Shown: piece by piece, positions 13,180-23,481 of the stretch
Layout of the letters: each line of letters begins with the position of its first letter
Position numbering within the stretch: position 1 is the stretch's first letter
NCBI GenBank assembly: GCA_904063045.1
Contig: CAJFCJ010000027.1
Coordinates: 124,001-188,000 of the forward strand
Length of the DNA stretch: 64,000 nucleotides
Direction: 5' to 3'
Origin: Dimorphilus gyrociliatus
Taxonomy: Eukaryota; Animalia; Annelida
The notes under the pieces: model-generated
What the model saw: the letters and a program-made list of their open reading frames with translations, nothing else
Databases searched by the model: none
What the model was told of the DNA's origin: nothing
Translations under genes and position numbers: made by a program

Positions 13180-14291
13180 TTAGGCTATTGCTGCATTTAG
13201 GCTTGTGAACGAGGATAATTCATCTTCAAGGCGGTTGTAGTTCATCCTTCTTGCGAGCCTTTGAAAAGATTCCTCCGATAAGTCATTTATATATATTTAA
13301 TAGTAATTGCGAAATGGAAAATACTTACGCTCTCCTCTTTCTCACGAAACATATTAAACCACCACCCACAGCACCAATAACACCCAACACCATAATGCTA
13401 ATTCCAAACTTTTCACCTCCTGATAATCCACCTCCTCTATCAGTTTTCTTTTTTCTCCCATCATCTGAGGGAGTTGTTAGTACAAGTTCAGGTGTTTCTG
13501 GTGCAGAAGAGGTTGTGACTTCTGCTGTTGATATTCCTCCACCAGTAAGGCTGGTTCTTGTTGTTCCTCCATCAATAATGTTGGATGTTGTTGTTTCTCC
13601 AACAGTAAGGTTGGATCTTGTTGTTCCTCCATCAATAATGTTGGATGTTGTTATTTCTCCAACAGTAAGGCTGGATGTTGTTGTTTCTCCATCAATAATG
13701 TTGGATGTTGTTGTTTCTCCAACAGTAAGGCTGGATCTTGTTGTTTCTCCATCAATAATGTTGGATGTTGTTGTTTCTCCAACGGTAAGGCTGGATCTTG
13801 TTGTTTCTCCATCAATAATGTTGGATGTTGTTGTTTCTCCAACAGTAAGGCTGGATCTTGTTGTTTCTCCATCAATAATGTTGGATGTTGTTGTTTCTCC
13901 AACGGTAAGGTTGGAACTTGTTGTTCCTCCATCAGTAATGCTGGATCTTGTTGAGATTAATTTTTCCTTTGTTGTTTTGTCAGAAACGTCCGGTGACGGG
14001 CTACTATGTACTTTCAGTTTCACACTTATTTTTGAATCAGTAACGGTTGACTGTGAAGTATTTTCCAGTTGGTTCTCTCTACAATTTAAAATTGATTTTG
14101 TTCAATTGTTAAAGAGGAAGAAGTAAAATTGGAGAGAATATACAAATAATGATTACGTTTTAAAATTAGAGGTTAACTGATTAGCTCTACTTTTATAAGC
14201 AATTTGACACGTAAAAATATATAATATACCCTTTGACTGGCAGACAAGTACTAATCGCCAACGACAGTGTTATTAAAGAGTAGATATTCAT
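13180..14291 (-). CDS. Mucin-like type I membrane protein (296 aa) with Ser/Thr tandem repeats and a YxxL tail
   Basis: Exons 14291-14230, 14078-13329 and 13258-13180, all GT-AG, 891 nt in frame. Signal peptide MNIYSLITLSLAISTCLPVKG. Ectodomain repeat SSLTVGETTTSNIIDGETTR. TM FGISIMVLGVIGAVGGGLICFV. Tail RKRRALARRMNYNRLEDELSSFTSLNAAIA. Confidence 0.85.
13545..13950. repeat. Coding minisatellite with a 60-bp unit (two related 30-bp halves), about 6.5 copies
   Basis: Successive 60-nt sequence lines from 13561 to 13940 are nearly identical (ttgtttctccatcaataatgttggatgttgttgtttctccaacagtaaggctggatcttg). They encode the 20-aa Thr/Ser repeat. Confidence 0.95.
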
Positions 14292-14905
14292 TATTGAAGA
14301 TATACAAGTTGATAAATGCTATTATGAAATGACTCTTCTTAAACCAATGGTACATGTATGGAACAAAATTTTGTATTAGTATTGATTTTATTTATACAGA
14401 AATAGCCTATGTATTGATCTGGTCACGCTTTGATTAGTCGTATCGAACAATATTGTCGATAGCCGATAGAGGGCGGGTAAACTAATTCTAGTAAGGAAAA
14501 TAATAGTTTTTATTGTTCATATACCCTTTCAACGAGATAATAGAGGTATGTTAAATGCGTAAGATGGCGCCAAGGGTTGATATTGTCGAGAAAAAAAATT
14601 GTTAACAAAGAGAGCAATATTTCAGGCCAAGGATTTTTATTTATCAAAATGGAATAAAAGTTGGTTTTGCTTTGCAATTAATAAAAGAACGATAGAGAGA
14701 ACCGAAGAGAAAATCAGGGAAAGAGAGAGAAAGAGTGAGTGGGTGAGAACGAGGAGAAAAAAGCAAAACAGAGAAGGAGAAAGAGGGAAAGAGAGAGAGA
14801 GAGAGAGAGAGGTCTATGCAAAAGAAAGTATATCGTTGTATTTCAAGGCTAATTGTTCAAACAAAAACTCAAATTTGAAAAAGTTAAAAGAATTTAGTAA
14901 AGAGT
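14292..14905. promoter_or_regulatory. Probable bidirectional promoter between the mucin-like gene and the GH35-like gene
   Basis: The two ATGs are head-to-head and 614 bp apart. The interval contains AAGATGGCGCC (14561-14571, CTCF/YY1-like) and a GGGCGG box near 14471. Confidence 0.5.
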
Positions 14906-17041
14906 ATGATAAGGTTGAAAAAATTAAGAAATACAATAAGAAATTTATTGGTGTTTGCTGTGATTATTCTATTAATTGAAATGTATATTGATAAAAAAGA
15001 GAATGAGAAGGTAATTCAAAAACCAGTTGTGCCAGCGTGGATAAGAAATAATAAAGCTCCACAAGGGGGCAGAAAATACAAAGCTGGATTCGATAGTGTC
15101 CTTGCAGAACAAGATGTTACGGATAATCCAATTTCTTTATCGACTGTAAGCAAACGAAACGTACGAAAACAATTTAAAAAAATTAGAGAAGGATTAAAAC
15201 GATTCAGAAATAAATTTTACTTAAACGATAGACCATTCCAAATTCTTGGAGGAACTTTTCACTATTTCAGGGTTCATCCTGCCGCTTGGCATGATCGCTT
15301 AATTAAAGTAAAATCTGCCGGTTTAAATACGGTTGTTATTCCTGTACCTTGGAATATTCACGAGGCTACAAGGGGTACTATCAAATTCACTAACATTAAA
15401 TGGGATCTTCTTAAAGTGCTAAACATGACAAAAGAATTGGGTCTATACACCATACTGCAAGTTGGACCCTTTATCAACGCTGGATTAGATTGGGGTGGTC
15501 TTCCTTCCTGGCTCTTACACGAAAACATTAAATTACAAGTTAGGTCTTCGAATGAATACTTCATTAATCCAGTAAGGAATTACTTTGAGCATCTTATTGA
15601 GACATTAGTACCTTTTTGTTATACGACTCACGCTGGTCCAATAATTGGCTTTCAAATAGAAGATGGGTTTGGTCAATATTATCAAGAGGATAAAATGTAT
15701 ATTAACTTTCTTGCCGTACAGTTCCATAATTATCACATAAACGAAATGCTCTTTCTATCCGATTCTGTCGATGTTTTTGAAAGAGATATGATTCCAAATG
15801 TTCATAAATCTGTTCTGTTGAAGAATCCCGACGAGGATGTTACCCAAGCAATCCTAGCCGCTAGGGGTATCCTTAAAGATTCAGAGTACCCTATCCTTAT
15901 TATGAACTTCCCAACGGCTCCTAAACAATGGTGGTGTTATAAGCAAGACGAAGCAAAGCCAGACAAATTTCGAAAGCGTTTAGAGAGGGCCCTTCTCCTA
16001 GAGGTATCCATAGTTCTTCATCCGTTTATCGGGGGGACGAATTTCGGGTTTATGGGCGGAACGTTGAATTCGACAAGTGAAGGAAAGAGAGTTCTAAAGC
16101 ACGAATTGACAAGCTACTTTCCAGACGCTCCAATACTGGAAGGTGGCGTATACGATGAAAAATATTTCATAATTCGTTCCTTACTAAAGGAGATGAAGCT
16201 AACTGCGCCTAATTTACCTCCTCCGCCCCTTCCAAATCCTCCTAGAAAGTATGGCGATGTGAAAATAAATGATTTCGCTGGATACGATCAGTTATTAGAT
16301 ATAACCGACTCTCAGTCAATGCAATATCGAGATGTAAGGCCTATGGAGACTTTAGATATGCATAACGGCGGAGGTCAGAGTTTTGGTTATGTTATTTATA
16401 GAACAGAATTTATAAGAGGTCAAGAAATGTGGTTCATAGGGGCGGTTCACGACTATGGCCTCATTTTGATCAACAACCAAACTTTTACAAAAATCCAATC
16501 AAATGTTACTTACAAAGAAGAACACATAGACTTTTCAAAGGTCAAGTTAATTAAGGAGAATAATTTAGATATATTCTTAGAAAATGCTGGAAGAGTCTAC
16601 GGCGATACAAGATTAAACGATCAAAGAAAAGGATTGCGAGGAAGAATCTTAATCAATTTTGTTCAATTGTTAAACTTCAAGCATGTACCAATTGAATTTT
16701 CCGACAAGTTCTGTAAAAGTTTAAATACAACTTTACAGTGGGAAACTACAAACAAAACAAGCTTTGAGCTGAAAAGTCCTACGTTCTTTAGAGTATTTCT
16801 GGAAATATCAGGAACGCCTCATTACACGTTTATTGATCTGACTAAATGGGGTAAAGGACTAGTTATAGTAAATGGTTATTTGATTGGCAGATATTGGAAT
16901 AAAGAACCCCAAAGAAAGCTATACATTCCATCTGAATTATTGAAAACTGGTAGTAATGTTATCATCATCTTTGAACTTAGCAAAGCATATGAAACTGTTA
17001 TTTTTTCAGAAAAACTTGACACCAAATTTTACAGATTTTAA
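14906..17041 (+). CDS. Intronless GH35 beta-galactosidase-1-like protein (711 aa), type II membrane anchor, predicted catalytically inactive
   Basis: GH35 motifs FYLNDRPFQILGGTFHYFRV, VPWNIHE, GGLPSWL, GGTNFGF, IFLENAGRV, WGKGLVIVNGYLIGRYW and PQRKLYIP. N-terminal anchor LLVFAVIILLIEMYI. Both catalytic Glu positions are substituted (see findings). Confidence 0.9.
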   Translation: MIRLKKLRNTIRNLLVFAVIILLIEMYIDKKENEKVIQKPVVPAWIRNNKAPQGGRKYKAGFDSVLAEQDVTDNPISLSTVSKRNVRKQFKKIREGLKRFRNKFYLNDRPFQILGGTFHYFRVHPAAWHDRLIKVKSAGLNTVVIPVPWNIHEATRGTIKFTNIKWDLLKVLNMTKELGLYTILQVGPFINAGLDWGGLPSWLLHENIKLQVRSSNEYFINPVRNYFEHLIETLVPFCYTTHAGPIIGFQIEDGFGQYYQEDKMYINFLAVQFHNYHINEMLFLSDSVDVFERDMIPNVHKSVLLKNPDEDVTQAILAARGILKDSEYPILIMNFPTAPKQWWCYKQDEAKPDKFRKRLERALLLEVSIVLHPFIGGTNFGFMGGTLNSTSEGKRVLKHELTSYFPDAPILEGGVYDEKYFIIRSLLKEMKLTAPNLPPPPLPNPPRKYGDVKINDFAGYDQLLDITDSQSMQYRDVRPMETLDMHNGGGQSFGYVIYRTEFIRGQEMWFIGAVHDYGLILINNQTFTKIQSNVTYKEEHIDFSKVKLIKENNLDIFLENAGRVYGDTRLNDQRKGLRGRILINFVQLLNFKHVPIEFSDKFCKSLNTTLQWETTNKTSFELKSPTFFRVFLEISGTPHYTFIDLTKWGKGLVIVNGYLIGRYWNKEPQRKLYIPSELLKTGSNVIIIFELSKAYETVIFSEKLDTKFYRF

Positions 17042-17553
17042 TAAAAGCATATTAACAACATTCCACAAATAGGAAAATTGTATTGAGAGCATTTATCTTT
17101 CTCTTCTTCCCCTTCTCATTATCCTCTATTGTTTTTCATTACGTAACTTGTGCAAATTCATCCTAGTACCCTCATATTTTTTTATTTCGTTGTTTTATCT
17201 ACCTTTTTCCCGATCATAATCTTTTGACACATAGATAACATAGATAACCCCTATGGCCCCCACTCCTGCCGACTAAAGGTTATAGAGTCAATGGAAACTG
17301 TCTAAACGCTGCTAGGAATTGATTATACCGATAGAATAAATGCAGATAGAAAGAGAAGAAATGGAGATTTTCTCAAATCCCTTCACTGTATAGATAATCC
17401 AAGATGATTATAACCTATGGTTGCGTGTTTGTTTTTTAAAAAAAAAAAGATTAAAGCAATTTAAATATTTTGTTTTTTTTTATTTTCATGTCAACGTATT
17501 ACATCTAAAGGCCTATTTTAAGCTTATAGTTTTTTCTATATATATATATACTG

Positions 17554-17585
<32 letters not shown>

Positions 17586-17709
17586 AGGAAACGTTTGTCT
17601 CATTACCAACTGTATTACTAATTTTAACATCGCCATCATTATCGGATAATGTTGTTTTTTATGTTTCTTTTAAACAACAGTAAGGAATTATTACTTTCAC
17701 CGATTTGAA

Positions 17710-19113
17710 TTAATATGTTTGGATTGGCCTAATGGTCAGTTCGGAAACCTGGAAAATAATAGTAATTAAGTGTAAAGTGTGCTATAGTATTGATAAGGGA
17801 ATGCTTACCTCAGCGTGAAGAGGAGAAGATAAAGCGTAAATGACGTAGTCAGCGACATCACCGGGCTTAAGAGCCTATTAAATAGGTTAAGTTAGAAGGT
17901 GAATTCATGAATACTTGGAGAGTTTTTAAAAGCTTACTCTTGGTTCCTCGGAATTGTAGATTCCTTCTCCGGTCAAGTCAACTGGGTTCTTCTTGGGAAG
18001 ATTCTCTTCCTTAACACCAACTCTTACAGCGAATTTCTATTTAAAGAGAAAAAGAGAAAATATGACGATAAAATTGCCAAAGTATTTATTTTAAATGAAA
18101 TAAAACCTTAAATTCTTCAAAATCCGGGTCGAATGGCATCATCTTTCCTTTTAAAAAGTCAGTTTTGGTGTTGCCTGGACTGATGTGCTATTAGTTGAAA
18201 AGAAATACGTATAATATGTATAAGAGAGAGAAAGAGAGAGATAGAATGATCTTATAAATTGGCAACACTTACGGTCATTTTGATATGACTCTTAAGAGAT
18301 TTCAACTCCATACTGAAGCCTTCAGTCATTGATCTCAGACCATATTTTGTGGCGGACCAAAAGTGATGTGAAGGGTAAATAGAAATGTTATGGCTTGATG
18401 TACTAGAGATAGGAAAAGGAAATTCAGTTGGGGATTTGTATTAAATAGCTTAAATCGCTAGGGTTTAGGTAACTTTTACTTACGCTCCAATGTTGATAAT
18501 GTGTCCAGTATCGTAATCCTTTTCCATCATAAGGTTTATAGCTTTTTGGCAAGTGATTGCAGGAGCAACAACATTTACCTGATTGGAGTTAAAAAGTAGG
18601 ATAGTTATTTAATGCATTAACAAAATGTTTTATGCTAAGTGCTTTTTACCGCGAGCATGTTTCTCCAATCCTTGGTTTCGCCATCCATAATACTGGCAGA
18701 TCCAGAAACGCTTGCGTTATTTACGACGACATGAACTAATCCGTGCTTCTTTTCAATTTCAGTGAAAACATCCAAAATTTGTGATTTTACTCTTAAATCG
18801 CATTTTTTAGCAATCAACTGTCCTTTTTGGCCTTTAAGTTGATCAGAGAGAGCCTGAAATAACAAAACGTCTAATTCCGTATCTATGTCACCGTTATATA
18901 CATTAAATACATGTTGATTTTTGTGTTTTTGCCTATTCAACAAAAACCTATTTACTCAATAGAAAACATATTAATACTTACTTGAATTAATTCAACAGAT
19001 CTAGCAATTCCGTAAACGATCATTCCAGATTTTACTAATTCTATACAGATGGCAGCTCCAATTCCCTTGGATGCTCCGGTTACGAGGGCAACTTTTCCTT
19101 CCCACTTTTCCAT
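17710..19113 (-). CDS. DHRS11-like short-chain dehydrogenase/reductase (281 aa) with WxxxK in place of YxxxK
   Basis: Eight GT-AG exons in frame (846 nt): 19113-18982, 18853-18650, 18578-18484, 18402-18273, 18187-18107, 18036-17938, 17874-17809, 17748-17710. Motifs are [47 protein letters not shown] and [17 protein letters not shown]...ELTIRP, the last being a DHRS11-type C-terminus. Confidence 0.9.
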
Positions 19114-20654
19114 TTCGTTTTCTTTTTACAGATGTATTCTTTTTGCAGACAAATAAAACAAAATTCTGTAAAACAAGGAGGAAAAGAGATTATAAGAGCC
19201 TTCCGAGTTGATATATGTATATATACATATATGTATAATTTGCTTTATATGTCAAAAAAGGGACTGTTAGCTACTCACAGATTAGTGAACGCTTTCCCGG
19301 TTTAAGCGAAAATGATCAAAAAATGAAGTGGGAACTATTTATGAGGAATTGTAAATTGGTTGAACACGTGTTCATCTATTCAAAACATCCCTTATCTCCA
19401 TTTCAATATAGATGCAACAAATTTTTTCAGCATCCTTTAGTGTTGCCGTTATATTTTATCGATCTTTTCAATCGAAAAATTTAGCTTTTAATTCATTTTA
19501 TATCTTTATCCCCTCGCATCCGATTAGGCGTCATCTGATACATTCCCTACTAGCGAAAAAAGTCTGAAAAGAACTAACAATTAAGATTGAAGTATGGGTA
19601 GAATAAGAGGAAAGAGAAACTAGTCAAGTAGAGGAAACAAATTGATATTTAAGCAGAGCTTAGAAGAGAGAGAGAGAGAGAGAGAGAGAGAAGAATTGTG
19701 GGGTATTGTAAAATAGTTAGAAAAAGCATACACCTAGTTACTTTGTGAGAAGGAATAGAAAATACAGGGATGGTCTATTAGTGAGTAATATACATACAAG
19801 TATCAAATGTTATAGCGGTTAGACACAACATCATATTTGCGTATTATTATCTTTATTGGAACACGTGGAAGCGGTAGTGCCGTTTGGTAACAGCTTTTCA
19901 ATAGTTGTTAATTACTGAAATAACCCCATTATTCGCATTATACAGGCTCTATTTAATAAATTTCCAATTAATTTCGCCACTGCTTTTCAAAATAGTTTTT
20001 TTGTTTAATTCTATTAGAAAGAATAGGGCGTGCGCCGACTTAATAATTTCTTATAACGAGTATATAGACGTTAAACTACTTATTTCTAGTTAATTATTAA
20101 TTAATTAGTTAATCTATTTATTCAGTCAACTTTCATTTGTAATAATCTCTTTGAATTTAATTTTTTATTTTCTCATTTTCATATAGAAGATAACATCAGA
20201 GTAAAACATGGAGGACATTTATATATAAATATTCTTCGTATTTAACAATTTTTTCACTTTTGAAGCATTATTTAGGCACTTTTCTTGTCTTGTACAAAAG
20301 ATAAAAAGCCACAATAAATTAAATAGGCAACAGAGAGAGAGAGAGAGAGGAGAGAGAGACAAAGAGATAGATTGACAGACAGCGGCACATTATGTGTCTA
20401 CAGATTGACTCTATAACTGAATGAATAGGTGAATACATGAATGAATACATATTTAATTGAATAAGCGAATGAATGAACAGGTAATTACTCAGGAATATAG
20501 TTTACATTGAATTTTCTCTTCCGCAAAGAGAATTAAGGAAGAGGAGAAACTATGTTAGAAAGATTAGCATGATAGACGAACATATTGCTAAAGCGATAAA
20601 TAAAATCTCTCTATCTGTTCACATACAGTATATAGTATATATATTATTTATTAA

Positions 20655-23481
20655 TCATAATTGAAATATTTTTAAAGCCGCTCTATCTTCTCCACTTTCA
20701 GTGATAATTAACCTATTTGTTGAACTATACGCGATTCCATATGGGAAATTTATTCCGTCGTAACGAGTTAAAATCTCCCTTAGAAACTTTCCGTTTCGCG
20801 TAAATTTGCAGACTCTATGATTGTTTCTGTCGGCCACTAGAAGATTATCATCGCTGTCGAAAGCGACACCTCGCGGATATAATAATTGTCCAGGTCCAAC
20901 TCCTTTCGAACCAATTTTACCCTGATAATTACCATGCGAATCAAAGACTTTAACGCAGTGGTTGTCAGAATCCGACACGTAAATATAGTTTTTCTCCGAT
21001 GTTTCGACATAGAGAGGATTTTTAAAATCTTCTCTTCGTCCTCCCATCTTTCCAAACCTGACCAACTCCTTCTTCTCGCTCTGTTTAATACATTGTTTTT
21101 TATGCTCATTTGTATGCTTAGTTTAGTTCGAATAGTGTTTTTTGATTATGTAATTAATACTCAAAAGAAAGACTAAAACACGTCAGGCAATGGTCTATTA
21201 CTTCGTAACTAAAAAAAACCTACAGCTAGCATTAATACAAACCTCAAAAATGCTGACAGAACATTCAGCAATGTCGGTGATAACACAGTTTCCATTTGAA
21301 CTTACGGCTACACCGCAAGGCTGAACAAATTTTCCAAGTCCCCATTTACTAATAGACTTTCCAGTTGGACCAATCGGTGAAAAGGCCTCAATTCTTTTAT
21401 TTTTAGCGTCAGATACTAGTATATTACCTTTTCTAGTACAACTGACATCCTGAGGTTGAATAAGACCAGTTCCAATAACTGACAAATGTTTTCCATTAGG
21501 GTCGAAGACTTGAACCCTTTCGTTTCCCCATTCGGAAACGACTATATTACCGTTAGCTAGGCAGGTCACGCCCAACGGATCTTTTAATTCACCAAGATTC
21601 GAGCCCTGCTTATCGATTTTAAAAACTAAAGTTGGTTTACCGCCTCTTTCGTTGGAAATTTGCCTTGTTGGCGTTTGCCTAATAAATTTGGGAGGGTCGT
21701 CGGTTTCCCTAAGTTCTCCAATAGACAAAGGAAGGATACTTTCGGAAAAAGACACGAAACGGTACGGACTAACGTCATCTTGATTGATTTCCGTTTTGGA
21801 GATCTGAAAGAGAATGCCATTGAACAAACAAGACAAAAGATAGAAAGAGGAAAGAGAGAGAAAAGTAATAGCCGATAGTTATTATCAAATATGTATATAT
21901 ATGTAAATGTATATATATAGTATTTCCTTACAGTTTTCATTCTTTCTATTAAATCTTCAAACATTGCTATAGCTCGAACACTTTTTGAAGTTTCCATGGC
22001 AGATGAGACAAAACTTTGAAGGCCGTGGGCTTCCGCAATAATATAATCAAGATTTTCTTTATATTGTTCAATAGTAGCTAATTTTTCATCCTTTTTAATA
22101 GCCAATTCCTGGATAGTAACGGAAAGTGGTAAATAGTTTTCATTAGTTTGTGCTTAGTTTTACCTTCATTAAAGCTTCTTGACATTTCTTTATTTGATAA
22201 ATAGATTTCTCCGTACACGTTTTCAATAGTTTTTCAGCCGAATTGCAAGCGAATAAATGTTTTTCGCGAAGTAAATCTATATCTTTTCTTTTGCCTTTCA
22301 TCTCTGACAATTTAGACAGTATAATCTCTTTTAGATTGTTTATCTTATCTTGATTCTCACTGTTGGAAAAGGGAATAGAGAAATGAGAGAGACGGATAGA
22401 TAGACAGATAGGGAGAAATATATCATAACAATTTAATATGTATTTATAAAAAAGTTGTAATATTACCTAAATATTTTATTCAACTCAACAAACTCGTGAC
22501 CTTCGTGGTCGTGAATAGTGCAAACTACGCAAACAACCGTCTTACAAGTTTTGCATAGAAACTTTACCTGAAAACAGTGAATACTTTAAATGAAGTCATT
22601 AAAGGGTTAATTAGTGAGTACTTTAAAAGTTACGTTTAGGTACATAACTGCAAAAATATCTATGATTACACTGTATTAACTGTAATATTAATATGTGTAA
22701 TTAATTGAAATAAAGTATTAACCTCTTCTGGCGAGTGATTTTTACAAATTTCCCCATTCCTATCCGGATCGTTTATGATATTATGGCCAGATAATATAGG
22801 GCTTCTATTGTGCTTTTCAGCGCACGACTTACAGTATTTCATACCGCAATCATTACAATAAAACTGGGACTTAGTCGTTCTCCTTTCAGCCTTGCACGAA
22901 TCGCATACTTTTCCTCTATTTTTTTTTCAATTTATAATTTGAAAGAAGAAAAAGATGAGCAAGAAAAATATAATGATAATAATAGTAACAAAAATAGCAA
23001 CAACAACAACAATAACAACAACGATAACTGCTATAATATATTAATTTTACCTTCTAGAAACTGTTCTAAACATATCTTCCATTCTCTTTATTTTTTCTAT
23101 CTTAAAATCATTTTTCAAACCGCTAATTCCAACTTTTGGAAGAGGAGTATATTCCCTACATGTTGGACAAGGTAATTGTCCAGGAACGTGCTTCTTCTGT
23201 TGGACATAGCTATTGTTATATCCGGCAAGACAGTCCTCGCAGAACGTATGTCCGCAAGTCAACATTTTGGGATTTGTATAAGAATCAAAGCAAATCATGC
23301 AAGTGAGCAATTCTTCGAAATCTTCGTTTGGACTATCTCCCATTGCTGGTGATTGCTTTGTCATTTTATCGTAATCCGATGCAATAAATATTCCTGAAGA
23401 ACTTTGAGTGGATAATTTTCTTTGAGAGGGATCTGAATTTCGTCTCGGTCTTTCCCTTACTTCCGGTGGCGAGTTAACCAT
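20655..23481 (-). CDS. TRIM-NHL family E3 ubiquitin ligase (RING, B-box1, B-box2, coiled coil, NHL propeller), about 694 aa
   Basis: Seven GT-AG exons in frame: 23481-23051, 22915-22723, 22567-22467, 22359-22164, 22108-21932, 21803-21243, 21080-20655. RING CMIC...CGHTFCEDC...CPTC. B-box1 CDSC...CNDCGMKYCKSCAEKH...H. B-box2 CKNH...FLCKTCKTVVCVVCTIHDHEGH. NHL repeats such as GQLLYPRGVAFDSDDNLLVADRNNHRV. An upstream exon ending at 24089 may add MFSS from an ATG at 24096. Confidence 0.92.

Noticed and set aside
13545-13950. CRISPR-like appearance of the regular repeat
   Set aside because: There are no unique spacers, the context is eukaryotic, and the repeat is an in-frame coding minisatellite.
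13251-14126. 291-aa plus-strand ORF and the 93-aa alternative-frame ORF (13651-13932)
   Set aside because: These are antisense and alternative-frame shadows of the stop-poor 60-bp coding repeat. The minus-strand frame has the signal peptide, TM helix and valid splice sites.
14599-14979. 126-aa plus-strand ORF upstream of GH35
   Set aside because: It has a TTG start, is driven by (GA)n low complexity, and overlaps the true CDS out of frame.
21626-22105. 159-aa minus-strand ORF read as a separate gene
   Set aside because: It is a TRIM-NHL exon read through into the intron and then out of frame.
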